The notes beneath the pieces were generated by a model. The model was given only the letters and a program-made list of their open reading frames with translations. It was not told the DNA's origin and ran no database searches. The translations under genes were made by a program, and so were the position numbers. Positions 62,020 through 64,000 of a stretch of DNA of 64,000 nucleotides are shown in pieces. The stretch comes from Stegostoma tigrinum (lineage: Eukaryota), in assembly GCF_030684315.1 (NCBI RefSeq), contig NC_081373.1, positions 23,847,989 to 23,911,988 of the forward strand. The letters run 5' to 3'. Position 1 is the first letter of the stretch. Each line of letters opens with the position of its first letter.

Positions 62020-62240
62020 AGGGAACTGCAGATGCTGGAGAATCCGAGATAACAAAGTGTGGAGCTGGATGAACACAGCAGGCCAAGCAGCATCTTAGGA
62101 GCACAAAAGCTGACGTTTCGGGCCTAGATCCTTCATCAGAAAAGCTTTTCTGATGAAGGGTCTAGGCCCGAAACGTCAACTTTTGTGCTCCTAAGATGCT
62201 GCTTGGCCTGCTGTGTTTATCCAGCTCCACACTTTGTTAA
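62020..62240. mobile_element. Penelope-terminal hairpin element with two opposed hammerhead-like cores
   Basis: Inverted arms; flanking repeat catgggatg; CTGATGA at 62150-62156, GAAA at 62170-62173. Confidence 0.9.
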
Positions 62241-62775
62241 CATGGGATGTGGGCATTTCTGGCAGGGCTAATATTTATTGCCTATCCGTAGTTGCCTTTG
62301 AGAAGATGGTGAGCTGTCTTCTTGACTGACAAAGTCTATTGGGTGTAGGTTGACCCACTGTGTGTTGGGGACAGTGTTCTGGAATTTTAACCCAATGACA
62401 GTGAAGGGATGGTGATATATTTTCAAGTCAGGATGGTGATTTTGGAGGGGAACTTGTAGGTGGTACTTCTCCCATGTATCGGTTGATGTTGTCCTTCTAG
62501 ATGATGGTGCTTGTAAGTTTGGAAAATGCTGTTTTAGGAGCCTTGGTGAATTTCTGCAGTGCATTTGTAAGTGTTACACACTGCATGTCAGTGGTAGCGG
62601 CAGTGAATGTTTGTGGATGTGGTGCCAATCAAGCAGGCTGCTTTTTCTTGAATGGTGCCAAATTTCTTGATTATTGGAGCTGCACTTATCCAGCTAAGTA
62701 TTCCATCCCAGCCCTGACTTATGGTGGGTAGGCTTTTGGGAGTCAGGAGGTGAATTACTCACTGCAGGAATCCTG
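62241..62775 (-). mobile_element. LINE 3' fragment (same family as 8310-9400)
   Basis: Minus ORF MHCRNSPRLLKQHFPN; tail ggataggcaataaat. Confidence 0.7.
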
Positions 62776-63849
62776 TTGTGTAGCTTGTGGCCTATTGTAT
62801 TGGGAAGGTTTCCTGTCATCTATGAATGACAAAGGTCTGGTTCCAAAGGTTTCTTCAAAACTTGCAATTTGCATTACTTTACATTGTCATGCTCTCTCTC
62901 TCTCACACGCTCTCTGAGGTTGCTGCTTCTCTCTCCTCAGATTCTTACTCATGTCTGTTCCTTCATCACCATCTCATTACTTTACAAGATGACATCCTGG
63001 AATGGTATATTAGCATCTGCAAAGCTTGAGTCTGGCTGCTGTGTTAGAACTAGCATTGGCGCAATAGATTCCTTCAATGTCATCACAGGCACAGGAGAAC
63101 GATAAGGCTGCAAACTCTCCCCATTTCTTTTCTTCTTGGCTGTCAAATCCAGAACAAGGAAGGTGATGGTGGGCTCAGACTTGACTTTGGCATCCTGCAG
63201 CAGCAGTATCACTGGCTGGCAGTCCTGGATTTTGTAGATACCATCATTTGCTGGCCAAAAAATTTTGCATCCTGTACAATGTGATGGCCAGTCTTGGGTA
63301 GCAGGGACAAGGTTAGCCTGGCGTCAGCTATGAGAAGGCCAAGACAATGATGATAGGATGGCAACAAAGCTTCCTGTCTCCATTGTGCAATTGAACATTG
63401 GGCACTTTCTCTGTCTAGGAACCGTCAGCTGTAAGGAGCATGTTGTAGAAATTGATATCTATCTAAGAATTAGCAAAGCAGCGTCAATCATCCAGTGGTT
63501 TTATATGTTCTGGCATTGAACACTGTCAACATAGCTAAGAAGCTGTGACTCTATATTTCTAGTGTAACACCAATCACCATCTGTGCCATTAAGACACTAA
63601 TGAGCTAAATAGTTGTTTCTATGCTGTAAATACTCCCTAATAGTTCAATTTGCCTGTTGCCAATTCATCTCAAACTGACTTTAGCAAGGCGCAACAACAT
63701 GAGACCTTAAAGGGATGCATCAAGTTGCACACAGAAAAATAAAACATTATACCTTCCCTGGTATATTTCTTCTATCCTTATCGAGTAGCTTGTCCTCTGA
63801 CCTAACATGGGCAGTAAGACTGAATGTCCAATAATGAATATATTCAAAG

Positions 63850-64000
63850 CCATTCTGCATGCAAATCGTTCTCTGTGTTAAAAATAAAAATCCCCTCATG
63901 TCTTTTTAAAATTTCTCTTCTCTCACCTTGAAAATGTGTCTCCTAGTCTTGAAATCCTCAATTCTAGGGAGAAGACAACTACCATTAATTCTATCTATAC
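63850..64000 (-). mobile_element. CR1 LINE fragment, truncated by window end
   Basis: aatttctcttctctcaccttgaaaatgtgtctcctagtctt is the reverse complement of the CR1 TRGH.FKVRG region. Confidence 0.55.

Noticed and set aside
17256-62240. Recurrent palindromic repeats as CRISPR-like or prokaryotic elements
   Set aside because: Dispersed, not arrayed with spacers; the sequence matches the Penelope terminus; the DNA is vertebrate with spliceosomal introns
59320-64000. Further NRAP exons
   Set aside because: No AG...GT-bounded nebulin-repeat frame recognised; the next exon is probably beyond the window

Overview
Eukaryotic (vertebrate) genomic DNA, very likely from a shark. This is inferred from HE1-type tRNA SINEs, CR1/HER1 LINEs, DeuSINE remnants and abundant Penelope-derived hairpins. 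The window holds the 5' ends of two genes that are head-to-head neighbours in human 10q25: CASP7 (first coding exon, - strand, 5344-5459) and NRAP (12 coding exons, + strand, 42463-59319; LIM domain plus nebulin repeats). Between them, on the - strand, is a spliced gene not present at this position in human (exons 26238-25649 and 21324-21199). It encodes a single-pass membrane protein with a Pro/Thr/Glu/Gly tandem-repeat ectodomain and a YQQL tail motif, belonging to the TGN46 (TGOLN2)/KCT2 (C5orf15) family. It may be a retained third whole-genome-duplication paralog. The NRAP simple-repeat region differs from human: one extra repeat exon, and only one RGKGSFPAMITPAY exon. Most of the remaining sequence is decayed transposons, including many short Penelope hairpin insertions with 9-15 bp target-site duplications and minimal hammerhead-ribozyme cores. 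All homologies come from recalled sequences, not database searches, and repeat boundaries are approximate.
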